From Octopus sinensis (lineage: Eukaryota): DNA of 64,000 nt. The notes beneath the pieces were generated by a model. The model saw only the letters and a list, made by a program, of their open reading frames with translations, ran no database searches and had not been told where the DNA came from. The translations under genes were made by a program, and so were the position numbers. Shown here in pieces: positions 37,705-51,577 of this stretch. Position 1 is the first letter of the stretch; each line of letters starts with the position of its first letter. Location of the stretch: contig NC_043004.1 in NCBI RefSeq assembly GCF_006345805.1, positions 3,162,001-3,226,000 of the forward strand, given 5' to 3'.

Positions 37705-38539
37705 AAGTGACATTTATGCAAAACAATAAGCATTGGGAATTCGAAGTGATCACTTAACAAGCTAGACATATAAACCTAAAGTTCTTCAAATTTCACGAAC
37801 GCCATATTGGAAATGATGATCTTAAATATACGACATTGGAAAATAAATAGGGATGGTCATGCATAGAGCATCTTTGATGCTACACCTGTTTTAAAAGAGC
37901 TGAAGTGGAGGTAGACAATGGCAACAATAACAGAAACATCATTTTAAAATGTAATTAAAATACTAAATTATTGTTGATCTCTGTATCCTTGAACGGAAGG
38001 TCATAAATATTTTATTATTTTTAGTTATTTCCCTTATTTTCTTTTATATAGATAAATAGATAAGGGCTTTAAGATCGGTTCGACTAAACGAAAGCGGAGA
38101 TTTCTATCTTTCTCCGTCTTGGATTACTGACAATTGTAAAACCTTGTGACATGATCTGCACCTAGAAAATCACGATAAAGTTATCGACTACTATGATCAT
38201 CGGGAAGTGGGCAGAGGAATTGCAATAAAATAAAAAAAAATAGACAATAAAATTGAATATATACAAAAGGGATGGAAATAGAAAGAAGAAGAAATATCGA
38301 ACAGAGTGAATGAAAGGAGAAGGAGTAGAGAGAGAAAAGTTCGGAGGGGTTGGAGGGGGGAAATGTTTCTTAAACTGAAAATAAAAGAATGTCGCTGGTG
38401 GGACTTGATATCAAAAACTCTAACAATAAAATGAGGTACGAGACGGTTTTAATGGCGAGTAAAATTTGAAATGTGAAAATACAGAGCGTAATTGTATACA
38501 AGCATACACACACAGAAGTACAGAAGCACACATGTACAT

Positions 38540-38577
<38 letters not shown>

Positions 38578-38689
38578 CATATATACATGTGTTTTGCGAG
38601 TGTAAATATATATATATATAATATATATATATGTATATTATATGTATATATATATGTATGTATATATATATTTATATATATTGTATTAT

Positions 38690-38793
<104 letters not shown>

Positions 38794-39274
38794 AAACTTC
38801 GGCATTATTTATCTACACATTTACTAATATATAATATATATATACATAGACGTAGACACGCTAACATATATACACAAATCACATATGTATACATACATAA
38901 GCCCTCGTATATATAGGTTTATGTGATGTATTTGTTGGAAAGCATTTCTAAAATAAAGAAAAACATCTTGGATGATTGACAGCGTATTTTAGAAAACGAC
39001 GAAATAAACCGCCATGATGTTCGGTAATAAAGAGTGGAGCGTCGTAAAATTGGAGATAATTTGCCTGAAAATTAAAGAACGGGGAAGAATGATCAACGGC
39101 AGAAAGAATCAGACAGTCGTCAATATCGACACAGCTACACACGAAATAATTTTCCGTATTAAGTTTTGTGAGACAGTATGGAGTTTCTTTGAAATGTAAT
39201 CCCGATGTGTTCAGGTTCAAATTGAGAAATGTCGTCTTCGAAAAGAGAAAAGAAAAAATTATAATTAAAAATAC

Positions 39275-39345
39275 GGGCACATGGCGTAGTGGATAAGAGC
39301 GCGGGCAACTAACCCCAACATTCCGAGTTCGATTCCAGGCAGTGA

Positions 39346-39444
<99 letters not shown>

Positions 39445-39608
39445 CAACAACAACAACAACATCGAAAAAGTACCTTAGGAATGAGAACCCAGGTTCGAAA
39501 TTTCCCCAAGACAACTAATGAAGGCCGGAGGGTATATCAGCCGAAAGGTTGTGTTAACAACAAATAAGATGACGACAAATGACCGTCAAATGTAAATAAT
39601 GTAAATAA
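39275..39608 (+). mobile_element. tRNA-headed SINE-like element with internal (AAT)n/(AAC)n and a hammerhead-like tail (39510-39555)
   Basis: A box TGGCGTAGTGG (39282-39292), B box GAGTTCGATTCC (39325-39336); tail GACAA-CTAATGA-A-GGCCG-loop-CAGCC-GAAAG-GTT-GTGTT; ends (TGTAAATAA)2. Confidence 0.7.
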
Positions 39609-39610
39609 TT

Positions 39611-39649
<39 letters not shown>

Positions 39650-40041
39650 ACTACTACGGGTAATAAGGAAACAACGAATTGAAGTGTTCTCTCGTGTCAG
39701 GAAAATTTAAAAATGGTAAATTAATAGTACATGGGTAGAAGAATGAAGAAGAATTACGGCTCAGACATTGGACAATGAAAATACTGATAAAAAGCCTGTA
39801 GGAGTTTAATGTAATATATTGACCTCAACTGCTTCTGTGCGATGTATTAAAGTTTAGCATGATGCATAGATGTTTGCGTGCACACGGGTGTGTGTGTTTG
39901 TGTGTGTGTGCTTGTGTGTGTGTGTGCATGTGTTTGTGTGTGTGTACCACTACGCAGGCCAATAGAACCTAAATATGATCTTAAAAATATGTCGGTGAAT
40001 AAGTACCATGTCTCCATGAACTGCAGATATAATACAGTTTC

Positions 40042-40086
40042 TACACCTGTTCCATCTCGATCACCGAAGTTAAAAAATATCAAGCC
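40042..40086 (+). pseudogene. Short degenerate 5S rRNA-like fragment
   Basis: CGATCACCGAAGTTAA matches the 5S A-box region; flanks only weakly similar. Confidence 0.3.
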
Positions 40087-41764
40087 TCCATTGGCAATGC
40101 ACCAGTACGGTCATAGATCCTGGTTGAAAACTGTAAAACTGAAAGTAAAAGTAAAAAATAACGCATGGAAAGATAACATGAGAATTACGACTAAGCCGTA
40201 AGTATCATGGAAATGAAGTATACACACAGAGTAATTAATTTATATACATATACATACATTGTTAATTATACATAGCTATATATAGCAAAGTATAAACAAA
40301 AACAGGTGAAAATATAGCAGCAAAGGATGAGAAATGAAGGCAGAATGAAAAGGAGGTGGGCTATGCAACTAGGCCATGCAGTACAGATATACTCAGGTTA
40401 AATATAATGTGTGCTCGGTGTCCTTATTGGTCTTGGGTCTCAAAACAACCATGATGCTAAAGAGTTCTGCCACCTGAAAAGTGGTAAGGAATGACTAAGC
40501 ACGTTGAAATGATAAGCTAGAGTGTCGAGGATGTCATGGATTTTATTATTTTTAGGACCCAGCAACTATATTAGGGACCTGTTTCACAAACTGTGATATG
40601 CGCTACAGGTCTAATGTATGGCAGGGCGTGCGAGTTACGGTGTATACCAGGTTGGAAGAGTTACAACGCAAGTGATCGATCTCTTTAGCATTCGAATGGA
40701 AGCCAACTCTTGTAGTTAGATGGCAGATGAAAACCAAATATGGCGACGAAATCAGAAAATGCCAATTAGGGTACTTGACATAGAGAACTGGAAGCCATCT
40801 GAATATTGGGAAAGTGTTACTTGTATCTTGATAATTCGTCATCGTGTGTCTGGGATGAGGGAAGTACGGAGTAGGAGGTCACATCGGTTTAAGGGAAATG
40901 AGTGAAGATAAGTGTACAATAGGGGTCACAGAGAGGAAAGCAGGGACTGCAGAAGGAGAGCAATGAAGTAGTTGAGGAGAAAGTGAATTTGAAGTGCAGG
41001 ACGATGAATGCGTGGTGTCAGTGCATCAATACCGTTCGTGGAGTCGATGAAATCTGAAGCCAATGATATTTTGAGGATATTCCTGTAAGAGGTAAAAATG
41101 GCGCATTTGCTTCGATTGTACAACGATGTCAAGGTCTTTACAGTGAAATGACCGGGTAGTTCGTGGTTAGTTTCGGATTGTCTATCAAAACGGAGATGCA
41201 TTGCAAGTTCGTTCCGTATCGTTCTCCTCCCACACAACTCAGAATCTTACCCCTTCCTTCCCCCAACACGTACCACACTTCTCTTTCAACTCTTCTTTCT
41301 CTCTTTTGTATCATAGACACCAAAGTATTCGCCTCTATATTTGTCCTCTCTGAAGAAGGAATCCGTCGAATTTTTCTCTCCGGCGAAATTTTATAAATAT
41401 TTTGTCTTCACAGACCAATACCAGTTTGCTTAGTTCTAGATCGTGTCTTCTACAATAGCCTACAGTCAAGCGAAAACCTCCAAGTGAAGTTTGGTAAACT
41501 GAAACTGCGAAAGCACCTTGAAAAGAAACGTTCTTGTTGTCGGTTGGTAGACCCTGCTCCGATCCATTGCCCAGTTTAACATTACCACGTGGAGTATGGA
41601 CGAGTTTAGCGGAGTCAACTTTGCTGCAAGCCTTGAAACCAGATTTTTGGTCCGAGGATAATTCTCTTTATTTGTCATAAGAAAAGAGGAAACACGGCAA
41701 GAATGTGGCCCTTTTTCTCCCTGACTTCGCCAAAGGAAACAAATATTCTTAACTCCATGTAGAT

Positions 41765-41951
41765 TAGGGCTTCTCAATCTGGGTCCATACGGCCCTAACG
41801 GGTTCATGTAATTTTTTAATATAATTCCTTATAATATCTAATTATAAAGATATAATAGAATTTTTTTAAACATCGGATGGCTGCGAGAATCCACCCGTGT
41901 AAGATAGGAGTCAAAGGAATCTATAGGTAAAAAAAAGGTTAAGAACCACCG
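41765..41951. mobile_element. Decayed hAT-type MITE
   Basis: Ends TAGGGCTTCTCAATC and GGTTAAGAACCACCG resemble CAGTGGTTCTCAACC-type TIRs; subterminal GGGTCC motif. Confidence 0.4.
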
Positions 41952-42963
41952 ATCCAGAGAAATGAATCAATGTAAGTATACTCTAAATCTAGCGTTAATT
42001 AAACGTATGATAAGTTTAAAATTGCTAATTAGTAAAAAGCATGCTCTGTAGTTGATCAGAATATACTCTATCCGATGCATGGACAAAGGAAACGCCCAAA
42101 GAATGAGGCTATCGCTAACTGTAGTGAGTCAAATTAACTTTTAGTTTTATGTTAATTATGGTGGGAAGATATTAAAGCCAACAAATCCAATTCTTGAATA
42201 AATTAATGAATTAGTATTTAGCCTACTGATCCCGTTTTAAAACAAACTAATTGCTGATTAAATTACGATTGATGAAAATACATATTAATATTTAAGCACA
42301 ACAAACGCCAAAATGTAAATCGTAAGTGCACCCCAATTCATACCAACTGGGAGAAAAACGAAATCATTTTTTTCTATCTTCAAATCTTTATAAACTCATA
42401 ACCACGTGATTTTCAGAAGAGTGCTTTTCCTTTTAAATAAACTGTGAATTTACATAGCTGTGTTTATATACGCAATTGTCGATAAAAGTTATTTTCTAGC
42501 CAGGCTATATCTTTAGAATTTTAAGAACTAAATAAAAACTATTTTGTCGCTCATTTCATTCTTACGTATTCCTCCGAATGGAGCAAAATTCGAACAAGTT
42601 TATAGCGTTCCTAACAGGAATGTGTTTTTATATTATTTATAATTCAATTAACAGATTAGTATTCTATTTATTGGATATTAATTCAGAGGTGTCAAAATAT
42701 GTTTGTATATTTTCTTTATTATGGAAATACATAAGCCAAATAGTTCTAGATGGAGAAAAAAAAACAGCGCAAGATACAATTTGAACCTAAAACTCGATAG
42801 GTGATTAACGTTGTTTGCAAATCATTAACTTGTTAATTATGGCACTTGGGAATTATACCAAATTTTACACCAGTTCTATATTAAGATTCAAATTTTCATC
42901 TGAATCCAGATAAACGCAGGAATCCGGCATGTATGTTCAGAGTATGTTTGTGTTATGTGGAAA

Positions 42964-43339
42964 CACAATAGTCCAGTAGTTAGGGCAGCGAACTCGCGGT
43001 CGTAGCATCGCGGTTTCCATTCCCAGACCGGGCACTGTGAGTGCTTATTGAGCAAAAACACCTAAAGCTCCACGAGACTCCGGCAGGGTGTGGTGGCGAA
43101 CCCTGGTGTACTCCTTCACCACAACTTTCTCACTCTTTCTTCTTGTTTTGTTGTACCTGTATTTCAAAGGGGCAGCATTGTCATAATCTTTGTCACGCTG
43201 AATCTCTCCGAGAACTACGTTAAGGGTTTACGTGTCTGTGGAGTGCTCATCCACATGCCCGTTAAATTCACGAGCAGGCTGTTCCGTTGATTGGATCAAC
43301 TGGAACCATCGTCATCGCAACCGACGTACTGCCACGATG
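42964..43339 (+). mobile_element. SINE family B with tail type iii
   Basis: Homology to 32227 (head and body) and to 46770-46950 and 30158 (tail). Confidence 0.85.
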
Positions 43340-44505
43340 TTTGTGTTATGTTACTTAAGCAGGAACACAGAGCAGCGGGCAGTGCATCTTTCAGCGTATA
43401 AGTTGACACCTTATGAAGTTGACGCAGTCAAACTTGATAAGATGTCAGCTCACTCGCTGACAACAACCAAGCGGAAATCTAGTCTTTCGGAAATCACAAT
43501 GAAGCAGAATACCACAATTTTTTTGTCTTTCAGGGCGTGGTCCGTTAACGTTCATATTTCTGTATTCTACCAAAAAGTACAAGGGTCGCGTGGATAGGCC
43601 GCTTCAAACAACGCTGTGGACCCTATTTAATTCACCACCCGGAAAGATCATCTAAGAAGTGCTACTACCATATTATTATCAAAGTGCCTTGAACGGTTCT
43701 TTCTTCACCAAGTTCTTCTATTGATAGTGGTTCACCCTTTCCTCAGTAAAACACTTTGATATATTTTAATTTTGTCCGAGTAGGTTTCGACTACTCTTCT
43801 CCGTAGTACTTTTCTCCCACAACTCACCCGGGGGTGAGATGGATTAACCACCGACTACCCGGCACTGTAACACGTAAGAGTGAATAAAAGTTAACAGTAA
43901 CATTCAAATTACCACACACACACACGCGCGCACACACACACGCACACACATACACACATGCATACATACAGACAGACGTATACACATGCTTGCCTCACAT
44001 GTGCGTTCATACACAACAAGAATATGAAACTGGGCAACTAGTGGAAGTCGTTTTTTTTCTTTATTGGAGACAGCGCCAGTTTAACAAGATGGCTATGCAC
44101 ATGCATAGAAAAACAATGATGCATACATAAAGATGCAAAAACACAGGACATACACACACAAACATAGATGTAGTGATGGTGAATATATATGCACGCATAT
44201 GTGTATACATACGTATATAGGTGCATATATATATATATGTGTGTGTGTATGTATGTATACACACACACATACGTACACACATACACACACACATATATAT
44301 ATATATATATACATATATATATTTACAGAGGTGGTGACAGAGAGAGAAGGAAAGAGAGAGGGAGAGAAAAAGAAAAAAAGAGCGACCGACTGACATAGAG
44401 AGGGATCGAAACCGTTGAGATGTGGAAGGGAGAGCAAGTGAGATTTTATAATATAAAACTTGCTCAATCTTTACTTCAAAAGAATTTATTTCGCATCACT
44501 TTCAG

Positions 44506-44593
44506 AATAATTTAACTTTACTGTTGCAACTTGGAGCCAGAATTCATCTTCTTCATCATGATGGCAGCACCGGCTTCTATGATCTCGATACGG
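44506..44593 (+). CDS. Candidate 88-nt internal exon encoding an ankyrin-repeat-like peptide
   Basis: TTTCAG acceptor, GTAATG donor, only one open frame: [29 protein letters not shown], in register with LLLxxGAxVNxxDxxGxTPLH; could be chance. Confidence 0.25.
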
Positions 44594-44626
44594 GTAATGG
44601 ATCACTACCATGCATGTATGTATATA

Positions 44627-44694
<68 letters not shown>

Positions 44695-44752
44695 ATATAT
44701 TATATATATACATGCATATGTGTATGTGTGAGTGTGCATGTGAGAAATTGTG

Positions 44753-44785
<33 letters not shown>

Positions 44786-45282
44786 TATACACTCATTATA
44801 CATACACACACATATATATATACGCACACACACACACACACATATATATATATACGTATGTATGTATGTATGTCTATGTCTGTGTGTCTGTGTGCGTATA
44901 TGTGTATCATATATTTTGTACGTACCACTTTACCGTATGTTTATATGCGTACGTGTGTGCGTGTGTGTATGTGTGTGTGTGTGTGTTTGTGTGTGTGTAT
45001 ACATATTCACAGATATACAGATATTATTTTGATACACCTGGATTTTTTGTTGTTTATACATGAAAACTAGAGAGAGAAATTTATTTAGAAGATATCTGAT
45101 TAAAAATAAAATTGTTTGGTAATATAATTTCAAATAATATATGTGCAAACAGCACACACACCACACACACACACAACACACACACACCACACACACATAT
45201 ATAATATAGATATGTATGTATATATGTATGTATCTATGTATGTATGTGCGTGTCTATATATATATATATTACACACACACAC

Positions 45283-45333
<51 letters not shown>

Positions 45334-45352
45334 CGTATATGTATGTATATGC

Positions 45353-45386
<34 letters not shown>

Positions 45387-45674
45387 GCATAGACATGTAT
45401 ATATATGTCTGTTTGTGCGTATGTGCGCGTGTATATGGCGATTAAATTCGAAAACGTTATAGACGTTGAGACATTTAATGTAAAATTTTGTGACTGCGAG
45501 GTTAAGTGAAACCGAACTGCTGTGAGAAGGTTCACATGTGTGTCGAAGAATCCACATAAAAAGACATTAAAGCGTGTTTTAGAAGCGCGTGTTTATGTTT
45601 CGTAAAGGAAAAAATCTTTCTTCAATTCAAAGGATGACGAAAATATAATGTTATCCATGCGAAAGAGGGCAGCA

Positions 45675-45810
45675 CTGGCGTGGCAGAAACGACTGACTAC
45701 AAGCACGTAGTTCTGCATTCAAATGTTACCGAAATGTTTGCCTTTCATCCCTTTATGGTCGATAAAATCAGGACCAAACATTTACGGGAGTCGATAATAA
45801 TCGACAACTT
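45675..45810 (+). mobile_element. Old degenerate SINE of the family A superfamily
   Basis: TGGCAGAAACG...TTTGCCTTTCATCCCTTTATGGTCGATAAAAT...GTCGATAATAATCGAC. Confidence 0.6.
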
Positions 45811-46342
45811 TCCAATCTCCTCAACGAACTTCGACATTTTCTTCTAAGAAATTGTTAGTCAAGTTAGTATTAATATTTTAATGGATGAAGCTGTGAAACA
45901 CTAACTAGTAATAAAATTTGGAGAAAAAACAAAATGCGATCTTAGTAACTACTAGTATTTTCGTCGTATGTCTTGGGTCATTTATTTTAGCTTTTTTATG
46001 AAGAGGAGAAACTATTTCATAATTATGTATTCCAAAGAACAAAAATACAATTTCACTGTAGAATTGTATCTGAGTATTTCATAGCGACAGCAATTAGAAA
46101 AGTCATCATTTTTAGTACCATATGTGAAATTCCATCTTAGATGAACGTCTTCAGCGTCAGGTCGAATTTCAGATTTTGTCAGTGCAACCACGTGAGATTA
46201 GAACTTGTTACTCAAGGGAATGTAAGGAAAGAGAATGTAGTTATTATGAAGATAAAGATGGATTCAGTTTCCGTTCGGTCGGAAAAGTAGCAAAAGAAAA
46301 GTAGTACTAATCAGGGTACTCATGCAGTATATACATATGCGT

Positions 46343-46949
46343 GGAGGAGCAATGGCCCAGTGGTTAGAGCAGTGGACTCGTGGTTGTAGGTGGCGAGCTG
46401 GCAGAGTCGTTAGCACGCCAGGCGAAATGCGTATCCGTATTTCGTCTGCCGCTGCGTTCTGAGTTTAAGTTCCGCCGAGGTCGACTTTGCCTTTCATCCT
46501 TTCGGGGTTGATTAAATAAGTACCAGTTATGCACTGGGGTTGATACAATCGACTTAATCCGTTTGTCAGTCCTTGTTTGTCCTCTCTGTGTTTAGCCGCT
46601 TGTGGGTAGTAAAGAAATAGGTTGTAGGATCTCAGTTTCGATTCCAGGGCCGGGCGTTGTGAGTGTTTATTGAGCAAAAACGCCAAAAGCTCTACGAGGC
46701 TCCGGCAGAAGGCAGTAGTGGACCTTGCTGTACTTTTCCACCATAACTTTCTCTCACTCTTTCTTCCTGTTTCTATTGTACCTGTATTCCAAAGGGCCAG
46801 CCTCGTCACGCTGAATCTCACCGAGAACTGCGTTAAGGGTACACTTGTCTGTGGAATGCTCAGCCACGTGCACGTTAATTTCACGAGCAGGCTGTTCCGT
46901 TGATCGGTTCAATTAGAACCCCCGTCGTCGTAACCGACGGAGTGTCACG

Positions 46950-46950
<1 letters not shown>
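46343..46950 (+). mobile_element. SINE family B (tail iii) interrupted in its tRNA head by a family A SINE
   Basis: Head 46343-46390 resumes at 46620 with duplicated GGTTGTAGG. Confidence 0.88.
46389..46619 (+). mobile_element. SINE family A, nested insertion
   Basis: Full-length copy flanked by a 7-9 bp direct repeat at 46382-46390 and 46620-46628. Confidence 0.9.
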
Positions 46951-46983
<33 letters not shown>

Positions 46984-47206
46984 TTAATATATGCAATTAC
47001 AAAAGAGCTGGTAATAGTTTTATGTTTTTAAGATTCATTAAATTTTCAGATTTATATAACATGACTCCATCTCCTAGTAATCTTTCAGGCTCATTTCATA
47101 ACTTTACCAACGAAAACACATCTAACGTTAGGCTCCACGTGACTAAAAGCTTCACGGGCTTCTACGAGAAGGCCGTCTCATTCAGGTCTAGGTTACCGAG
47201 ATAAAT

Positions 47207-47237
<31 letters not shown>

Positions 47238-47279
47238 TGTCATACGTTTTTGTATGTATGTATATATAATATATATATA

Positions 47280-47313
<34 letters not shown>

Positions 47314-47321
47314 TAATTGTT

Positions 47322-47358
<37 letters not shown>

Positions 47359-47503
47359 AGAGTAAATAATTTCTTCGATGGTTTTTCAAAAAACCAACAA
47401 TTATTTACTGGTAGATTTCGGCATGTAAATATAACCATTAATGGTAGGAACTTCTGTAAAGTTCAGTATATATATATTGTATATAAATAGAAGGGGCGGA
47501 CAA

Positions 47504-48451
47504 CAGGTTGCTTAGCCGCATACCGAAAAAGTTAGAAATAGCAGTCGGGACTGTTTATTTATATTTTCTACAAGTGGGACTCCACATACGACATATCCTT
47601 GTACCTTCAACAAATCATTGAAGAAAACTCGAATATTACAACCAGAGAACCTAGAGAACTTGCAGAGTAGTTGGAACTTTCCAAAACTACTGCTCATGTA
47701 CGCTTAGTGAAAATTGGGTGTTTGGGTGCCACACAAACAGTCAGAACAAAGCTGCATGGACCCGTATTCCGTCTGTGATATGCTTCTGAAACGCAATGAA
47801 AATAAGCTTTTCATGAAACAAATGTTAACTGGAGATGAAAAATGGATTGTTTACGATGATGTAGTGTGAAAAAGAACCTGGAATTTGCGTGGGGATCCTC
47901 CAAAATAGCTTCCAAAGCAGAATATTCATTCAAAAGTTTATGTTTTGTGTCTGATAGGATTTCAAAGGTATTGTTTACTATGAGATACTCTCAAAAATCA
48001 GACCAGCAATTCTGATGTGTACTGTTGTCAGGTGGCGAATTTAGAACAAAAGATCAAAGAATTGAGGTCAGTGTTCTCCAACAGGAAAAGGGTTGCGTCC
48101 CACTAGGACAATGCTCGACCACCAGTGTCTTTGGCTGCCCACACAAAGTTGTATGGACTAGGCCGGAATATTTTCCCCCATCCACAATACTACCCTGATA
48201 TTGCGCCATCTAGCGCAACGTTTGTTCTTGTCTCTACAGACTTCTGTGAAAGGAAAATCGTTTAATGATTTAAATGGTGACAAAATCCACTTAGATGATT
48301 TCTTTTCCTCAAAAGTAATTGAGTTTCATGCCGATGGAATATTTATACTGCTTACCAGAACTAAGGTCGCAGAAAACAATGGAAATTATTTAAATATATA
48401 ACGATGAGAGTATGTCTAAAAATTTTTATCCTTTATTGCGGTTTAAAAACG

Positions 48452-48488
<37 letters not shown>

Positions 48489-48507
48489 GTATATACCGGA
48501 CAACCTG
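47504..48507 (+). mobile_element. Decayed mariner (DD34D-type) element
   Basis: WVPH, MLTGDEKWIVYDD, H*DNARP, PHPQYYPDIAPS, NNGNYL motifs with stops and frameshifts; right end CCGGACAACCTG. Confidence 0.8.
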
Positions 48508-48526
48508 ATATATATATACACATATA

Positions 48527-49681
48527 CAGGGTGTGTAAGATATTTAAGGATAGATTTATATTTATAAAATAAACAGATGTCTAATAACAGATAGTAACTT
48601 TATTTATCAGAAAACCCTATGAGGATAAAAATAAACCTTCTTTTCTATTAATGTTATCCAGTAAAGCCACCTTCAGCTTCAACAACTGCTTCTATATGAG
48701 ATCTAAATCATCTACATGCTCAAATCAAATGGTCCTAGTTCATTTTGGACGTTATTCTAACTAAGGCAGCTTTCAAAGAATCTTTGGTGTTATGGGCATG
48801 TTCATTGACCTTCTCTCTCTCAACAACACTCCATATGTAATAGCCCAATGGATTGAGATCTGGGGAATTAGGAAGCCAAATGTTAGGCGTTATGTGATCA
48901 TGAGAATTTTCAACCACGCATTCCTGTGTCACAAGAGCCATGTGTGATAGTGCAGAGTATAATTGAAACACATATGGCCTTCCATTGCATACATTGTGTA
49001 TCCAGGACTTAACAATTATTTCCAAGACCTTCATGAAAGCAGCAGAGTTAACTATAGGTCCTTGTGGAAAGAAGTGAGGAGGCATCACATGTCCTTCATT
49101 GCTGAAAACTCCTAAAACTATGACAGCTGCAGGAAATTTTGTATACATAACACTTGGAATTTTAGAAGGGTTCTGCACATAACCATCTGTTATTTCTTCT
49201 GTTAAAATTTTAATCTTGGACGAAGTCTTTCTCGTTTGAGAAAAACCAAATCAAATTTTCTTCTGTTGGATTTTTCAGTTTGTTTAAGAGCTGTTGAGAT
49301 CTGATGTAGCGATACTCTTTTCCTTTTTCTTACAAATTGACCTTTCCTCATCATATAAGATTTATATCTGATGTATTCGTGGACAATATTTCAGAGCGTT
49401 TAGAATGCTTTTTATGCTTTGATACATTTGATATGTTTCCATCTTCAGTCTCTAGCTCCTTACAATCTTTGTAGACGAAGGATCTAACAACTTATAGAAA
49501 TCGAGATATTTCTAAATCGCTATGCTTAGCCTTTATGACCACAATACCAGCATGCCTCTTCATTTCTTAAGTAAGCTGAGGGTCTGTCATTATTATTTTC
49601 TGAAACAATGATTATACAGAATTAGCAAAAAACGCAGCAATGGCACAAGAAAGGTATTCCTCAAATTCCTTACGCACCCTG
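48527..49681 (-). mobile_element. maT (DD37D-type) transposon, complete ends, dead transposase
   Basis: TIRs CAGGGTG(T/C)GTAAG with TA flanks; YVFQLYSALSH...WLPNSPDLNPLGYYIW with 37 residues between the two catalytic positions, now Y and G. Confidence 0.85.
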
Positions 49682-49720
<39 letters not shown>

Positions 49721-49985
49721 GTATATAAAGATAGATAGATAGATAGATAGAAAGATACATACATATATAAAAGGATACTTATGTATCTATATATATATAT
49801 ATATATACATACACATATGCACGTTTGTATACGTATATATATATATTCATTTATATTTGATTGTGCATATAAATATGCATATATGTACATGTCTATACAC
49901 ATAGATACAAACACGTATACTTGGAACCAGAGTTTCAAATGCAACAGCGATATAGAAAGGGATAAAATCATATCGTGGTTTTCTC

Positions 49986-50049
<64 letters not shown>

Positions 50050-50964
50050 ATATATATGTATGTGTATATATATATATATATATACAATACATACATACTA
50101 TATATATATATATGGGTATATATTACACACACACACTTACATAAATGTATGTATGTTTGTGTATGTGTGCGTGTGTGTGTGTGTTTATGCATGTGTGTGT
50201 ATGCACAACTTTCGTGTTTGTGTGTATATGACCGCGTAGAGTCGTATGCCTGCTTCGGTGTTCCGCCGTTTTATTTCCTATGAAAGAAAATGTTGTTGTT
50301 GTTGTTAATGTTGTTGCAGTTATCGTTGTTGTTGTTGCAATAACGGCGGTTTCTAACTGTACATGTTTTTCCCAATTTTCATTTCAATAAAATTGTTATT
50401 TAATTGCTGCAAGGGTAGAGCGAAATAGAAAATAAAATAAACAAAAAAAGAAAAAAGAATCAAGCAAAAAGCTATCTACTTTTGTTCTTTTGGCAAAAGA
50501 AAAGGACAAAAAAAAAAACAAATAATATTTTCAAAAATATTCAGTTTAATCTATGGGAAATGACATGCCATTATCTGCGAACGCCAAGTTAAACCAACAG
50601 TGTATTGGATAGATAGATAGATAGATAGATGAGAAGTGATTTACAAGGTGGTTGTGTGTGTGTTCGGATTACGACGACGATAACGACAAAGCGGTGATGG
50701 GGGGTGGGGTGGGGTGGTGATGTATGCGAGAGGAAACATCCCAGACAGAAAAATTAATTGTAATAATACCAGTTATGATTTGAAATGCTTTTTAAAAGCC
50801 TCCGTTTCATTCATAAAAAAACATACAAAAGAAATCAAGAATTAATGAAAAGGAAAACGAAAATATGTTTGATAACAAAAAATGATTTTGTCCTCCATTT
50901 TGTTCGTTTCGCCTCCTCCTCTTTCCCTCTCTCCTACTTTCCTCTTCCACCTTCTTTCATTCTT

Positions 50965-50981
50965 TATTATTATCATCATCA

Positions 50982-51036
<55 letters not shown>

Positions 51037-51118
51037 CATCATCATTATTATTATTATTATTATTATTATCATCCTCATCATTATTATCATTATTATTATT
51101 ATTATTATTATTATAATA
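50965..51118. repeat. (TAT)n/(CAT)n compound microsatellite
   Basis: Direct reading. Confidence 0.95.
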
Positions 51119-51395
51119 ATGTTATAAATAATATCATTGCCATTATTATTGTTGTTGCTGTTTTTGCTGTTCTTGTCGTTCTTAATATTATCGTACATTT
51201 CATCCTTGCTTCTCCTCCTGACCCTTTCTGAATTACACAAACATGGAATAAAATGCTATAATACAATAATGAATACGCTCTACGTATGTTTTGATTTTTT
51301 TGTACATATGTATTTGGGTACGCACACAGAGAAACTGAATCAATACGTACATGTATGTATTATATAATATATATATATTATATATATATAAATAT

Positions 51396-51465
<70 letters not shown>

Positions 51466-51534
51466 GTATATATAATATATATATATATATATATAGATAT
51501 ATATAAGAGAGAGGAGATAGGTAGATAGATAGAC

Positions 51535-51577
<43 letters not shown>

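Noticed and set aside
40840-41130. Possible CR1/L2 3' remnant on the minus strand
   Set aside because: Composition is suggestive, but no diagnostic peptide motif could be read
41410-41580. Candidate exon after TTCACAG (one frame begins DQYQFA, PTP-like)
   Set aside because: That frame stops immediately; the open frame has no recognisable motif or donor support
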